DNA of 64,000 nucleotides. Source: Oculina patagonica. Its lineage: Eukaryota. The stretch lies in contig NC_135765.1 in the NCBI RefSeq assembly GCF_052425735.1, forward strand, positions 868,001-932,000, written 5' to 3'. The first letter of the stretch is position 1. Each line of letters starts with the position of its first letter. Of this stretch, positions 11,691 through 24,801 are shown in pieces. Position numbers and translations under genes: made by a program. Under the pieces are notes generated by a model. The model saw nothing but the letters and a program-made list of their open reading frames with translations. It was not told where the DNA came from and searched no databases.

Positions 11691-14600
11691 ATGGCTGCAA
11701 ATTTAGCGATGCAAGCTGAAAAGATTTTGTTCTTCACCCTGTTTCAAGTTATGATAAATTCAACAGTTTTGAAAGCTTTAGAGGAACCCTCGATGACGCC
11801 GAATTCAAGATCGGCTTTTTTCGTATCTCGCAAAAACACGCGGCTTGTGGGCCATGTTATTAAATGGCTTAAAGCTTCCAGTTTAACATCTTGCAGTCAG
11901 TTATGTGTGAGTAAGTCATGGTGTACCTCAACAAACTTCATTACTTATTTCAACAAGGACGGCAAAGGAACATGTGAACTGAACAAACACGATTCAAAGC
12001 CCTTGATTGACGAATTCGAAAAATTACAAAACCAGCAAGGAGTTACTTTTTCTTTACTTCTCAAGGTATGTTTTTAACGACCGCCTATTTAAATCATTCT
12101 TTGTGGTTTAAATAGTTGAATTTGTATTTCACACAAACATAAGCAGTTATATTATAAACACTTGTTCCTTGACCATTTCGATCTGACAAGAAATAGAACA
12201 CAAACAGCGGTAACAAACATAACACATGGACTACGTATAGTTTGAAAAAAGAACCTAAAATTTACTTGTTTGTGTTTGTATTTCTTGCCAAATAAACAGT
12301 TATAATGTATATTTCATCCGATTTTTTACTGTTTTCTTCGCATACTGCACGTTTTAAAATGTCACTTTTTGAATTACTCTTTAAAAATCACTCCTAAGAG
12401 TGAGAGCGGATTGAATGGTTTGCATTTGTATTTCACGCTAACATACACATATGATTTACAATTCACCCCATATTTCACAATTTTCTGCACGTACTGCACT
12501 CTCTAAGATGTTCATTTACTTAAGACACAACAGGTGAATAGGAACAAGCTCTCGACGTCAGGCGTAAAGTGACTGTTGTCATTTAACCTGTCTCTAACAG
12601 TCCTTTTGTGACAGCAATTTATTTTATACAATCATGAATGATCACCACCGAACAAGCCAAACATTTCTAATAAACACGTTTCAAAAATGTTGCTTAATAA
12701 GACTTCTTTAATGCGTTTCCAAGGTACTATTTTTGTACCGTGCTTTCATATAAATATGAACTACCTCACCGTACGATCGCCATACATTTCAAATTCTGCG
12801 AATTGTGGTGTTAGATCAAAACGATAACTAGTACTCGCTATCTATTTGCATTACTTGTAAGAGACAGTAAAAGTAGATATTGGCCAGTATATGTTTTGAC
12901 GAGAAGGCCACAACATGTTTCACAACCCTTTTTAAAATGCTTTGATCGCAATTTCCCCAAACTGATCGATTGTTTGATCAAAAGACTGAAACCAATTTTG
13001 CGCAAAGAAAAGAAGCGCGATAACTTCAAACAAAGGAATAAATTTTCGTTCAAATTATATATCATAAAAAATTAAAGGTTTATACAAACAGGATGTATAT
13101 GAATTGATTGGAATAGAAAATACGATTCGACACAAGACATGCAAGGACGAGGTGTGGTTTTTCGTATTTTAAATGTATAAATCAATTGACTTGTTTTGAA
13201 GAAAGTAAGTTATAAATTCAAACAACCGTTTCAGCTGTCTTATTTTGCAGTGTAGCCGTCTTTTCCATGAATTTTTCGCTTATGCTTTTTTCTTTACGAG
13301 TCATTTGTTATGTTTATATTCAGGGATGTCTAATGACGGGCTGTATGGACGGAGGGTCTTGTTTGTTTGACGAGAAGAACAACACATTTTCATGTTTCAA
13401 AAAACCACAAAGTGGAGACAACAGTCAAGTCGATACAGGTTAGACTGAAGGAGGAGTTTTAATTTAATTAAAAGCAATCATATACGATTGCTTATGCATG
13501 ATAAATTTTGTACCCAGATCCCACACGACCAGCAAGTCTGGACGCGCACTAAGTACCGGCTTGCGGACCTTGTTTATTCTCGTACATACCTAGGGCCGAC
13601 TCCAACCGCGGTAGCCTGCGAAAACAGCCGCCTCTCACGCTCCGACCCGCTTGCTGCGTTCGGAGAACGCAAGCAACCGCGGTCAAACGATAGAAATTTG
13701 CAAAAAAAAAAAAACAAGAAAATACTTCAAAGATAAGGTTCTTATTTTCACTGTTCAAAGTGCGATAGTTTAAAACCATTATGCTGATGGTTTACTAAAT
13801 GTTTTTGAGCTTTACTAACAAAAGTTCTACGTGTTTGAGAACAGGGAAATGTGGACTTGTCGGCGTCATTTGTCGAACGTCCATAATATAATATTGCGTT
13901 TTGAGTTTTATCATAAGTGGATTTTTTACCTTAGGAAAAGAATAAACTCATTTGACAAATCTCCTGTGTGATATAGTTACGTGTTAACTTTGGTTTGTCT
14001 TTTGTACCAATAAAACAGCTTGCATTCAGTCCAAACCATTGGGAATGGAAGATGGGTCAATTACAGACAACATGATCACAGTATCTTCCACACACCCTGA
14101 CGATAAGGCGGCTTGGGGAAGACTTCACTGCTCACTAGGAAGTTGGGCTACAAACACGGATGATGATAAGCAGTGGTTCCAAGTGAACTTTGTACCGAAA
14201 GTGAAACTAATAACAGACATCGCCACACAAGGAAACGGAAAGATGTGGTGGTGGGTGAAGACATATTACGTCATGTATAAGGCAGGAGAAGTAACCCTTC
14301 AAGAATACAAGGAAAATGACCAAAAAGTGGTGAGAGAAGTGTTAAGTCCGTTATTAATCCGCGGGAGCTTATTTATTTTTAAGACTCGTAATTTGAAGGG
14401 GGGCTTACTCCAATCATATACCAGTTGGGGTACATATAAAAGAAATGAAGTGGACCTTTTTCTGTTTTGGTGTCGTTTAATAACACATTTATACAAAATA
14501 GCAACAGTAATATGTTATTGCGGCGGATGGATACCTTTATTAAAGTTATTTTGTTGTTTCTTGTTTATAAATTGTCGTGATATACTATAGAGGGAAAGGG

Positions 14601-15888
14601 AGACTTACTAGAAAGGGGGGACTTAATATTTAAACAAGAACTGCAAGCAGTTTATAATCGTGCGGGTAATTTTTGACCACCCGACCTCTTTCAGTGCTTT
14701 GGCTTAAAGGCACGGCACCGCACAGTAAAATCTTTAGAAAAGCAGTCACTTGAGAAACACACAAGTCGTGTTTGCGTTAGTCACGGAGTGAACGTGACAT
14801 GAATTTCCTTTACCACGTCATAGCCACATGCCTAGCCGGAAAAATGCCTGCTTACGCATGCAAATATTTATTTTGTTCCGAATGTTCAATAAAATAAACC
14901 CAAACCAGTTCATTTAAAAGAAAGCCAAATCACGCCAAAATAAAGAGTAGACTAAGGCCATCCCATTGTGTTTCTCCGTTTAGCGTCTTCCGACAAGCTT
15001 TTGGTAATTCCCCTGGCGCGATGACGTGTATCCCGTGCTTTGGCACATTCTTGCTGAGCTTGCAACTTACGTTTCGATAACGTTTCGATTCTCAAAATAC
15101 CGTAAACTCAAAACAAAAATTGGGCTATCCAGAAAATAAGTCGTCGTTTTGCAATATTTAACACATTCCGGGTAATTTGTACGACTTGTACTCGCTCCGA
15201 GCCAAACGCTTGAGTAACACAACAATAAATATTTCACACAAACAGAGCGCAGAGTATTCAAACAGAAAATAGGTGAATGATTATTTATAGCTACAAGCGA
15301 GAGATCGCGTGACAGGGGTCTGACGTAGTGGTAGTTTTAAATAGCTTGGACATGTCCAAGCGGTCTTGGTTTTCGCTATGTGATTATATTCAGCCTTCTC
15401 TTCTTGTAAAATATGGTATGAAACAAAATTATACATTTCAGAGAGCAGAGTGTTCGTGTTAAACGCTAGTGATCGGCTAATCGCTATTAAATATTAAATC
15501 TTGCGTGACCGTGACAGAAGAGCCGGCTGGGCCGCGTGGGTCTGGATCGATTTACCGACAAAAAAAAAATAAAATTCCGTGCAGATTATGAATCGGGCCC
15601 AGGCCCCGCCCGATTAAAAAAAAAATTCTGACGACGGTGGGCGTTAATAGAAAGGGAACCTTGAAAGAGAGAGGGTTAATAAAGTTTTTACGGTAAGAAC
15701 TTTTGGTAATTGTATTCCATATTTATTTTTTCTTCCTGTTTTAGATCTTCCAAGGCAACACTAACAAGGATGATGTGGTTAAAAACAAAATTAACAATCC
15801 CTTTCAAGCGGATACCGTGCGCATAATACCGACAGCATTTTCTGGAAGGATTGCCCTGCGAATTGAACTCTACGGGTGTGACATCTAG
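11691..15888 (+). CDS. Secreted PAN/apple - degenerate EGF - F5/8 type C (discoidin) protein, gene A; 4 exons
   Basis: Exons 11691-12065, 13324-13438, 14019-14329 and 15745-15888, all with GT-AG introns and compatible phases. PAN: RLVGHVIK...SCSQLC...WCTSTNF...TCELN. F5/8C: CIQSKPLGMEDGSI...AWGRLH...QWFQV...IATQG...WVKTY...IFQGN...ALRIELYGCDI*. Confidence 0.85.
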
Positions 15889-15939
15889 CTAGTAAAAGTC
15901 ACGTGTGAATGTTTACAGAAGATGTACAGAAAAACGTCT

Positions 15940-16530
15940 GCGTCCGAGCCTAGTGGCCCATCAGGCCGGAGCGTATCCCAGTTTCAGTAGCATGAAGCGA
16001 CTAAAAGTATTTCTACTCCCCCCTCCCCCCCCTCCCTGGATGGAAATTCACCGGTACCCATTTATACACCTGGGTGAAGAGAGGCAATGTGAAAGTGTCT
16101 TGCCCAAGAACACAACGCATTTACCCAACACAGCGGTCAAACGCAAAAATGACGTCACCTCCGGTTTTCGGCGCCTCGAACTTTTCTGAGAATTTGTCTC
16201 GAAAGTGTGCAAACTTTTGTAGGAAATTGTTAAAGAAATAGTACGGTGAAAGAACAGTTCAAGCTGGGACACTCAGTGGAGATGAATTATCAAATTTCCA
16301 ATCCATAAGCGGCGTATAAACCTTAACTTTCCAGGGACGGCGTTAACTTTTGGCTTTAAAGCGAAAGTTTTCGGAAAATTTAAGACTTTGTATGGAGAAG
16401 TTTGGCGGGAATTGCACAGTAACTGCGCACGCGCGCTGCGTTTGACCGCTGTGTGCATTTACCTCCGGCCAGGGCTCGAACCTGGACCGCGCGATCCGGT
16501 GTTCAGCGCACTAACCGTTAGGCCACCGCA
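15940..16530 (-). mobile_element. tRNA-derived SINE, interrupted by a MITE
   Basis: tRNA-like B-box on the minus strand (CCGGCCAGGGCTCGAACCTGGACCGC...CACTAACCGTTAGGCCACCGC). Body GAGCCTAGTGGCCCATCAGGCCGG...GTGTCTTGCCCAAGAACACAAC. A related fragment lies at 58440-58585. Confidence 0.65.
16126..16455. mobile_element. 330-bp non-autonomous TIR element (hAT- or P-like; CA...TG ends, 8-bp TSD)
   Basis: TIR ACACAGCGGTCAAACGCA / TGCGTTTGACCGCTGTGT. TSD CATTTACC at 16118-16125 and 16456-16463. Confidence 0.8.
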
Positions 16531-18342
16531 CCTTCACAACACCTACAGAAAAAACACACATAAAATAAGTGATGATGATGGCTTGCTCTGATTTGAATGA
16601 ACGAATTTGCGTACGCAGTCTGCATGTTTGGTGCGTACAACAACAGTGCGGTCCATCAAATTATCAAACGTATGAGAGTCCACACGAATTGACGCTTAAG
16701 AGAAGTTTAGCAACATTTCATATCAGTTCAAGTACGTCACCGTGTTGACACATTTACTTAGAGAAGAAGTGAGATGTTTGTAAAACATTGGAGGGCATGT
16801 CGAATTTAGAACAATCGTAGACACAATGATAGAAAAATATATTAATTTTCTGAGTTTTCAAGGAATTTTTTGTTGACACCAAGCTATTTCGTATGGATGC
16901 TCTACTCGGCTGATTTGTGTCAAAATACATTTGCTCATATACTGATAAATTGCCACGAAACATTTTGGTCTTTCAAGAGTAGCTCTCGCCTCGCAATGAT
17001 GTTAACTGAGAAAATGAGATTCAAGTCATAACAATGCTCGAATAATAATTTAAGCCCAGTCAGACACCTGCGAAACTGGCTTATTGCCTAACCCAGTCTA
17101 CGTTTATATTTACCTCTATTAAAATCTATAATGAAACTTCCTTTGAATGACCACGTGAAGCGAAGCTCGTTTCATTTTTGCCGGAACACTTAAAATGGCA
17201 CGTGAACAATTTCATGACTTACATTTTCCTTCTCTGTTTTTAATATGAGAATTTCGATTATTTTCTTTTAGCAAAACTGATCTAATTTTCAAGAGCAACT
17301 TTTTTAGCAGCAATTTTATTTCCTTCGTTTTGCGCAGTGTCAGTTTTATTGTTTCCGACCCAATGTTTACTCTTTTTTATGAAACACGCGTTTCACTTTA
17401 ATAAAAGCGGCTGTCAATCTTAGACAGTTTTAAACAGCAACATTTAATAAAACCAGTTATGTTTTGTACACAAAAACAGCGACAATACACAAATTATCAA
17501 CAGGGTCATATAAGCTGCTCTTGTAGCTTTAAAAACTTGGCACAGAACACGAATCTTAAAAACGCTACATGGGATTCATGAAAGACTGATCGAAGACGTC
17601 CTTCAAACTCTTCATGTTTGTCTGGCTGCCGTCAAAGGAAAGACAGGAACTTTGATATGAAAGTTCTCAAAAATACGGTAAGAAGGTCAATATTGATATT
17701 TTTCAAAATAAGAAACTGGAAACCCAGAGCAAAATGTTGTCGACTTCGTTTATACCGGTCGCAGTTTTCCGTTTTGAAGTCGCGACTGTAACCATTGCTT
17801 ACAAATGTAATTTTGAACGTTGCCACCTAATGCTAAGATATGATGGAATACTAGTTTTCCAGGATAAGAATATAAGACGACTGTGATCTCAGAGTGTCAC
17901 TTAGAGCTAAATAATCTGTAAAGGAAATTATAGTCCCCCTTTCTAGGATTTTAGTAAAAAATGAAAGGTTTGAAATGGCTATAGGAAAACTAATGAAATC
18001 TATAGGGTGCAGATTTTGGCGTATTGAAATCCTTTTATTTCAACAATATGTGGCTGGCCGAATATAGAATTCTCCAGAAATAATTATAATATTAATAAAT
18101 TAGATAATTAGAATCCGGAAAGCTCTCGAATGGACGTGCTGTCTTCAAGAGCCAAACACAAAATATTGATAAGGAATATTAAAGCAGAGACAGATACAAC
18201 GTGGGATGGCTTTAAATTAAATGAATTCTCTCTTGTTGATTGTCATATAGTTATTTTATGTCAGTCAAGACAAACTTGATATTATGCTATTCTAATATTT
18301 AATGGCTACCCAAGGATTGAATGGCATCCGACCCACATTGAG

Positions 18343-19150
18343 ATAAGGTGGATTTCCACTGTCATGTTTTTTCCACGCACGTTAACGTGCGTGATTCTAA
18401 ACGTACGTAGAAAATAGATTTTACGCGCGCGATTAAGTGCGTTGACTTTACGTTGTCCAATTTCCAATGTCACGTTTTTTTCTAGGTATTTACGTACGTT
18501 ACACGCACGTATACGCACGTAGCGATCGTGAGGGTTTTTGAAAAAGTTGAACTGAGTTCAACTTTTTTCGCGGCTGTCTGCGATTACGCAGCGATTTAAC
18601 CAATCATGCTTTTGGAGTTTGTCACATGACATCACTTACCATGTGGACGCCATTTTGTTCAGTTTAAATCGCCGTCGATGTAAACATGGGAAAATATTCA
18701 AATGTAGAAGCACTTCTCATAGAGGAAGTTCTAAAATTTCCAGCAAATATGGAACTGACTATACAGCCACAGACCCAAATTACAGGAACGCAGTGGTGAA
18801 AGAAAACGCCTGGTGTCAGGTCACGTAGGCTGTGAATTGGGAAGCCAGGACTGGACTACTCGACAAATCTTTATTCGCTTTATGGTTTATTTCTGAAGAA
18901 TGCATAAAATGACTCGTGGTCATATTCACGCATTACTTTTACTAGCGTGTAGTATTCACCCACTTGATAACGGTTTTGAAACAGCTCACTTACCCAGTAT
19001 CTGGTCTGCAGCGCGTGTCATTACTTTGGCGGCAGGCAAATCAAATTAGCCACGATCTCCTTGCTTTTTGTTCCAAAATCTAGGGCGGCGGGCATTTACG
19101 TTCGTTCAACGCACGTAAAAGAGAAACGCTTTTTACTACTTTTTTACGCG
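18343..19150 (+). mobile_element. Degenerate PIF/Harbinger-type element carrying a frameshifted MADF (Myb/SANT-like) remnant
   Basis: 18686-18828 translates across frameshifts as MGKYSNVEALLIEEVLKFPA/IWN/DYTATDPNYRNAVVKENAWCQVT, a MADF signature. The element starts TAAGGTGGATTTCCACTG and has ACGT/CGTA-rich subterminal motifs. Boundaries are approximate. Confidence 0.55.
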
Positions 19151-19188
19151 ACAACAAACTGACGACAAAATGGCCTTCTTTGCAGACA

Positions 19189-20985
19189 ATGCCTGTGGTA
19201 CCCAGTCTCCTGTTTTTGCTCTACATTCACACCGCTGACCTGTGTCGCACTGTCAAGCCTGTCAAACACCACGAACTGATTAATCACGTGATTAACACGA
19301 TACAAGAGACAAGTTTTGAGATATGCACTTATCGCTGTGAACTTGACGCCAAATGCTTCAGCGTCAATTTTTACACAAAGACCAGGAAATGTGAATTCAA
19401 TTATGGAAGCAAGGAAATGTTTCCTGGAGATTTCAAGGCGAGTCGGGACACGCTGTACGTCCACAACATCAGGAAAGACACAACAGATCCGTGCGCATGG
19501 CTGAACTGTCTGCACGGCGGCACGTGCTACCCGCTTCCATGTCCATACTGTGTGTGTCCCGCGGGATTCGTGGGATCAACGTGCCAAAACTTAAGTAAGT
19601 TGAAGCTCAGTTTCGTGCACAGATCTTCCTTAGGCGCATACACCGCGGGGTACAAGCAGGGATTGCACACATGTGTGCAATCGAGTTCATTCGCTGGCCA
19701 AATGGGGTCGCAGTAATTTTTAAAATATGAGCTAGACACCTCGTTACGTTGAGTGGCCAAACCGGGCTGGCAAGTAAATAGACCGCTAGTCGCGAAAAGG
19801 TTATTGCAGTCTTTTTAATGCGCGTATGTCGGTCAAAAGTCAGCCATTAACAACATGCTACGGTGTATAGGAAAACTATGCCATTCCTTTCCTTTTCAAT
19901 ATCAAAGATTGACTGACCTACCCTCCCTTTTACCGGCCTCCCGACTCTTTTAAACATCATTTTTGTCACTTCTAGGAGAAGCCTCCAACGCAGTTGTTTT
20001 GAGGGGCGATCGTAAAACGACTGACATTCTAGGCTATACTTGTCCTGGAATGCTTTCAAGCAATACTTTTATCAAGATTTTACATATAGATATTTATTTT
20101 CAAGCGTATTTTTATACGCTTTTAAAGAAGCAGAAGTACGCTTTGCCAATGAGAAGTACTCATTTTTCATGTTTCTCTCTAGCACTGCCGTTAGAAGAAA
20201 TAGGAATGCAAGACCCTGATAACAAAATATTTGACGGTCAGCTGACTTCTAGCTCAGCCGTTAACGGGTACGAGGCATGGAGAGGCAGGCTTCACGGTCA
20301 GGGAAGCTGGAAACCAGAGACGAAAGATCCTGCTCCCAATTTTAAAGTCACCTTTTATTCACCCGTGAACATAACTTACATAGCCAGTCAGGGATCTCCC
20401 AATCAGGACTGTTGGGCCACGTCATTCCGGCTACAATATCGCATACAAGGTGGATCGCTCATTGATTACCCACAGGTATGTAAAGTAACAGGCCTATAGG
20501 AGCCTGCCACGTGGCTGTCAATGCATGATTTTTAATTAGCATGTGTTTTCAGTAGTTCAAGCAATAGAGTTGTTTCCAACCAAACCTAAAGTAATAGGTT
20601 TTCAACTAGTGTGTTAAAACCAAACCTAAAGTAAACATAGTCGTGTATCCGGTCACAGCAAACTGAAACAACATGAAAAACCAATCGCAACTCTAAGAAA
20701 ATTGCTGTATACTGTGCCAAACGAGTGAAACGAAGTGTCGATCAATTTTAGCTAATCATAGTATACATCTGATTATTATTTGGCGCAGAGTAAAAAGCCT
20801 AATTTTGGTTGTACTTATTACTTGTTCTTTTCTTTCTTTATTTTCAGACCATTGGAGGTAACTTTGACAGAGATACGGTGATTTATCACCCCCTTAAACC
20901 GGCAATTGTCCGTGTGACATTTTTAAGTATTCGACCATCTTCTTCCAAAGGTTGTATCGGTCTCAGACTGGAGTTCTATAAATAG
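19189..20985 (+). CDS. Secreted PAN/apple - EGF - F5/8 type C protein, gene B; 3 exons
   Basis: Exons 19189-19594, 20183-20475 and 20848-20985 (GT-AG; phases 1 and 0). Signal peptide MPVVPSLLFLLYIHTA. PAN: ICTYRCELDAKCFSVNF...KCEFN. EGF: PCAWLNCLHGGTC...CVCPAGFVGSTC. F5/8C: IGMQD...AWRGRLHG..SW...IASQG...GGNFD...GLRLEFYK*. Confidence 0.88.
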
Positions 20986-22875
20986 CACTAATTAATTAAT
21001 TAGTCTTCACAGTTGTGAGTGAAGCATCTTTCATTTTAAAAATAACAAATAAAGAAGACAAAGCCGCGAATCATACTTAATAAAAAAACAGCAAAAGAAA
21101 TTTAAGGACACGAGAAAATATTAATACCACGAATCGCAGGCGTGTGTCATCGACATTGTGTAAGAGTTCTCAAACGATCGGAGTGTCTTATGACAATGTT
21201 ATACATGGCTTTGACTTCAACGCCCGCAAAACAAAAGAACACCGTTTTCTATCTTATATTTTTTATAGTTGATACTTAGCCTCCGTTAATTCTTTCTCGA
21301 CTATTTCGCAATAACTGCATTTATGTATCCTGTTCCTCCTAGATTAAATGCTATGCATATAAGCAAGTTTGTATGTGTTGCTTTGGCAAAGCTCTGTTTG
21401 CTGGGATAATGCAAGACGAGACTACCATTTGGCAGATTTTGGCCACGGGTGTGGCCGTTTATTTTTTATATCAAGGATAGAAAGCTTAAAATATGGAAAC
21501 CTTAAACTATTATCCCAGCAAAGGTGAGGGAGAACCCGCCACAGCCCGCCATGAGGTACGAGTGAGGGAAAGACTTACGAAACAAGCTACATAAACCCAT
21601 TTATTTTTGCAAAATAAATATCTTATTTGCAACACAGCTGTAAAGAACATTTACTCTTGTACATTTCTGATTTAGGGCTACAACTTTATTACCAGTAAAT
21701 ATTGAACTAATTAAATTTAACAACAATTTGCTTATTTACACTGCGAAAAATCCGTCACTCAATATAGTACTGAAAACTAATCTAGATTTGCAACTTAGTT
21801 AAGTTAGATAGTTTCACGGCACAAACAGTAACTGATCGAAGTTAAAATGCAGTTAGTGCATCGTGACGTGGTGCAGGTCACTATAAAACAGTTGTTTTGT
21901 ATTTCAATATGATTGCAATGCTTTTCAAATTGTTCTGACACTCACTGTCTATGGTTCTGAGCCACTTTAATTTTTTTTGAAATTTTATGGTGGCTATGCA
22001 CCCCTCGGATAGAATTTTTTTTTAACTTTGCAAAAGGTTGTATCCTGAGAGGCTCATCATAACTCGGTAATAAAAAATTGGGGTCACCAAGATCATTTTT
22101 TGAGTTATTAGCACTGAAAGCTAAATTTAAGGGTGTTTTCCACAGGTTATAGTCTTGCTATGGAAACGATTAAAGTCAGAAAAAATGATCACAACTTGTT
22201 GAACAATAATTGGGCATTTGTTACATACCATTACTGGAATGGTTACTGATAAAGAGTTGTAGTACTGACCCATTAAAGTATAAGGGCTGGAAAATGCTTA
22301 AAACCGCCATCAGCCACCTTAATCAAAAAAGTGGACAACCAATCAGAAGCTGTGTTCTTTGCCTAATGTTAACTAGATAATAATCTAACTAGGTGTCCAA
22401 TCAAAGTGCTTGTTAATCATTGCGCGCTGTTTATACTGCCTTGGCTGATACAAACACCAGATTGAGTATTGGTAGAACTCCAAAGTTTTCTGTGAATCCA
22501 AGCCATTGGCGAGAATATTTACATAAGACCTTTCGAGTTCTCCCATTTTCACTCATGTGTTGGTTGCATCAGGCTATTATGCGGCAGTTTATTCCCTTAA
22601 AAAAATGAGTTGAAAAATGTAACGTCGGTGACGTCATAACCGTTTTAAAATAGTTTCGTTCAAACCCAATCCTGGAATCAGAACGCAACTTAAATACATG
22701 GGGCCAAGTGTGCATGGTCGTGAGCATGCTCGCACTCATTAGGAGAGGTCTGATAATGAATCCTAAAGGTCTGCGCGTGCATGTCCTGGAAATTATTACC
22801 TAGTGTTCAGATTGCACAGAAACACGTAACGAACACTTCAGAGTAGAACTGTTTTTACACCTGTTGCTGCTGCGT

Positions 22876-24029
22876 TTATGGTTGTTCGTACCCATACACC
22901 TCTAGTCTCATTGCCACACATGTAGCCCATCTATGTGGGTAGATACGGATCAATCGGGCTGCTACAAGAGGAGATGGGAACTTGTTTGTGACAGATGTAT
23001 TCTGGTTTGTGTTAGCCTGGTATACCTGTAAAATAATATATATATTTCTACTGTGTTAATACGGACACAAGATGAAGCAAGTTAGGAAGTATATTAGCCA
23101 TTTTGAATCTGCTCCCTTTGTCTCTGTCTTAAATTGTACAAAACTTGATGAAGATAAAATGTTCATCATGACACGAGCATGGGACAAAGACAAAATCTGA
23201 GTCCCCGACGGGAATCGAACCCATGGCCTCCTATATACTGGCTGGGTGCTCTAACCACTAAGCTACGAGAGACTCGTTGTGAGCTGGGCGAATTACAACC
23301 CTCAATAAATAGGTTCATACAAAACTTGTCCTATGAAAGTGAATTTGAACTGAGTGAAAATGATCATGTGAATAAAGGCGACTTTCACGTTTTACGCCAG
23401 GAGCCCTCATTTTAAAATCTAAGATGGTTTAAAATATGAAAAACGTTATTTGTTATTCAAATTTTAAAAGACTCGTAAGCATTTAATGACTGAAAGTTCA
23501 TAACAAACTCAAGATTAAATACTACCAATGCATTTTTTTACCTTATTGTCAATAAAATGCTCATCAGAATCATTATACCATTGAAAACTGTAACTCTTCA
23601 CCCAGCAGCTGTCGATAGGGGCACCTTGCGTAGCTATGGCAATAATGGTTACCTTGGTAATAAACGTCACCTTTATGTACTCAGTATTTTTATCTTGTGA
23701 AGGCTTCCAACAGGAGTTGCGGTTTAGCCGTCCTTTCCACGCTTCATGACCAGGCTTCGCCGAGGATGCTTCTATATTTGCATCACGGATCTCTCCATTT
23801 TCCATCCCCAGGGCATGAAGATCTGTTGAACAAAAAAATATTTCGGTATACTTTTACGATTATCAATGCTAAATATCAGACTTGCGCTTGCACAGATTAT
23901 TTCTAGAGCTGTGTTTCAGCCATTTTCTTTAGATATGCGGCAAAAAATTAACTGGGTCACGGTATACAGTGAGTTCATGCCACATGAATCTCAGTCTTCT
24001 TTTCGTTCTGTCAGTCTGTCAGTCAGTCT

Positions 24030-24083
<54 letters not shown>

Positions 24084-24801
24084 AACCTCGTCAGTCAGTC
24101 AGCACGGTCAGTCAGTCAATCAATCAGTTAGTAAGTCAGTCAGTCAGTCAACTAGTCAGTCAGTCAGTCAGCTAGTCAGTCAGTCAGTCAGTCAGTCAGT
24201 CAGCTAGTCAGTCAGTCAGTTAGTCAGTCAGTCAGTCAGTCAGTCAGTAAGTAAGTCAGTCAGTCATTCAGTCAGTCATTCAAAGTCGTCGATCTCCTGT
24301 CACCTACTCGAATAAGCGTGTCACGGCTGAGATACCCTTTGTGCAGTGATTTGAGGAAGCGAGAGTGCTATACAAAAATATCTTACTTTCACAATGGAAT
24401 CCACTGAATCCTTTAGGACACTTGCACTTCAAGCTAGGACTGCTGACACAGATTCCTCCGTTTTCACAGCGCATGCTCCCACAGGGACTATAACTGCGAA
24501 CCACCATACCCATGTAAAATGTTCCCTTCTGTTTCACCAAGTCACCAGGAAAGTATTCCTTGGTTGCGTCGTTCAGTTGGCATGTTTTGTGCAATGAAAT
24601 GTAGTTGACACTGAAGCATTGCGGCTCCAGTTCACAGGAAAATGTGCAGCTTTCAAAAGTCTTGTGATTTAGAGTTCGCATCACGTGACCAGTGAGGGCA
24701 CGATCTGCGTCTGAAACACGGGTGCGGCAGTCACTATAGCCAGCGGAGTTCTTAGCAAAAAGGCTGAGTAAGAGTAAGATTAATTCCAAATACGGTAACA
24801 T
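22876..24801 (-). CDS. Secreted PAN/apple - EGF - F5/8 type C protein, gene C; 3 exons; convergent with gene B
   Basis: Exons 24801-24387, 23822-23542 and 23025-22876, with the same intron positions and phases as gene B. Signal peptide MLPYLELILLLLSLFAKNSAG. PAN: SCTFSCELEPQCFSVNY..TCQLN. EGF: PCGSMRCENGGIC..CKCPKGFSGFHC. F5/8C: LGMENGEI...IATQG...AMRLEVYG. Confidence 0.88.
23168..23295 (-). mobile_element. tRNA-derived SINE fragment in intron 2 of gene C
   Basis: GGGAATCGAACCCATGGCCTCC...GCTCTAACCACTAAGCTAC is the reverse complement of tRNA-like A/B boxes. No intact cloverleaf. Confidence 0.65.
24008..24280. repeat. (CAGT)n tetranucleotide microsatellite in intron 1 of gene C
   Basis: Read directly from the sequence. 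It explains the spurious SQSV-repeat ORF at 23866-24207. Confidence 0.97.

Noticed and set aside
23168-23295. tRNA gene (also at 16465-16530 and 41365-41430)
   Set aside because: Only degenerate A/B boxes without an acceptor stem or full cloverleaf; these are SINE heads.
23866-24207. SQSV-repeat protein ORF
   Set aside because: Translation of the (CAGT)n microsatellite inside an intron.
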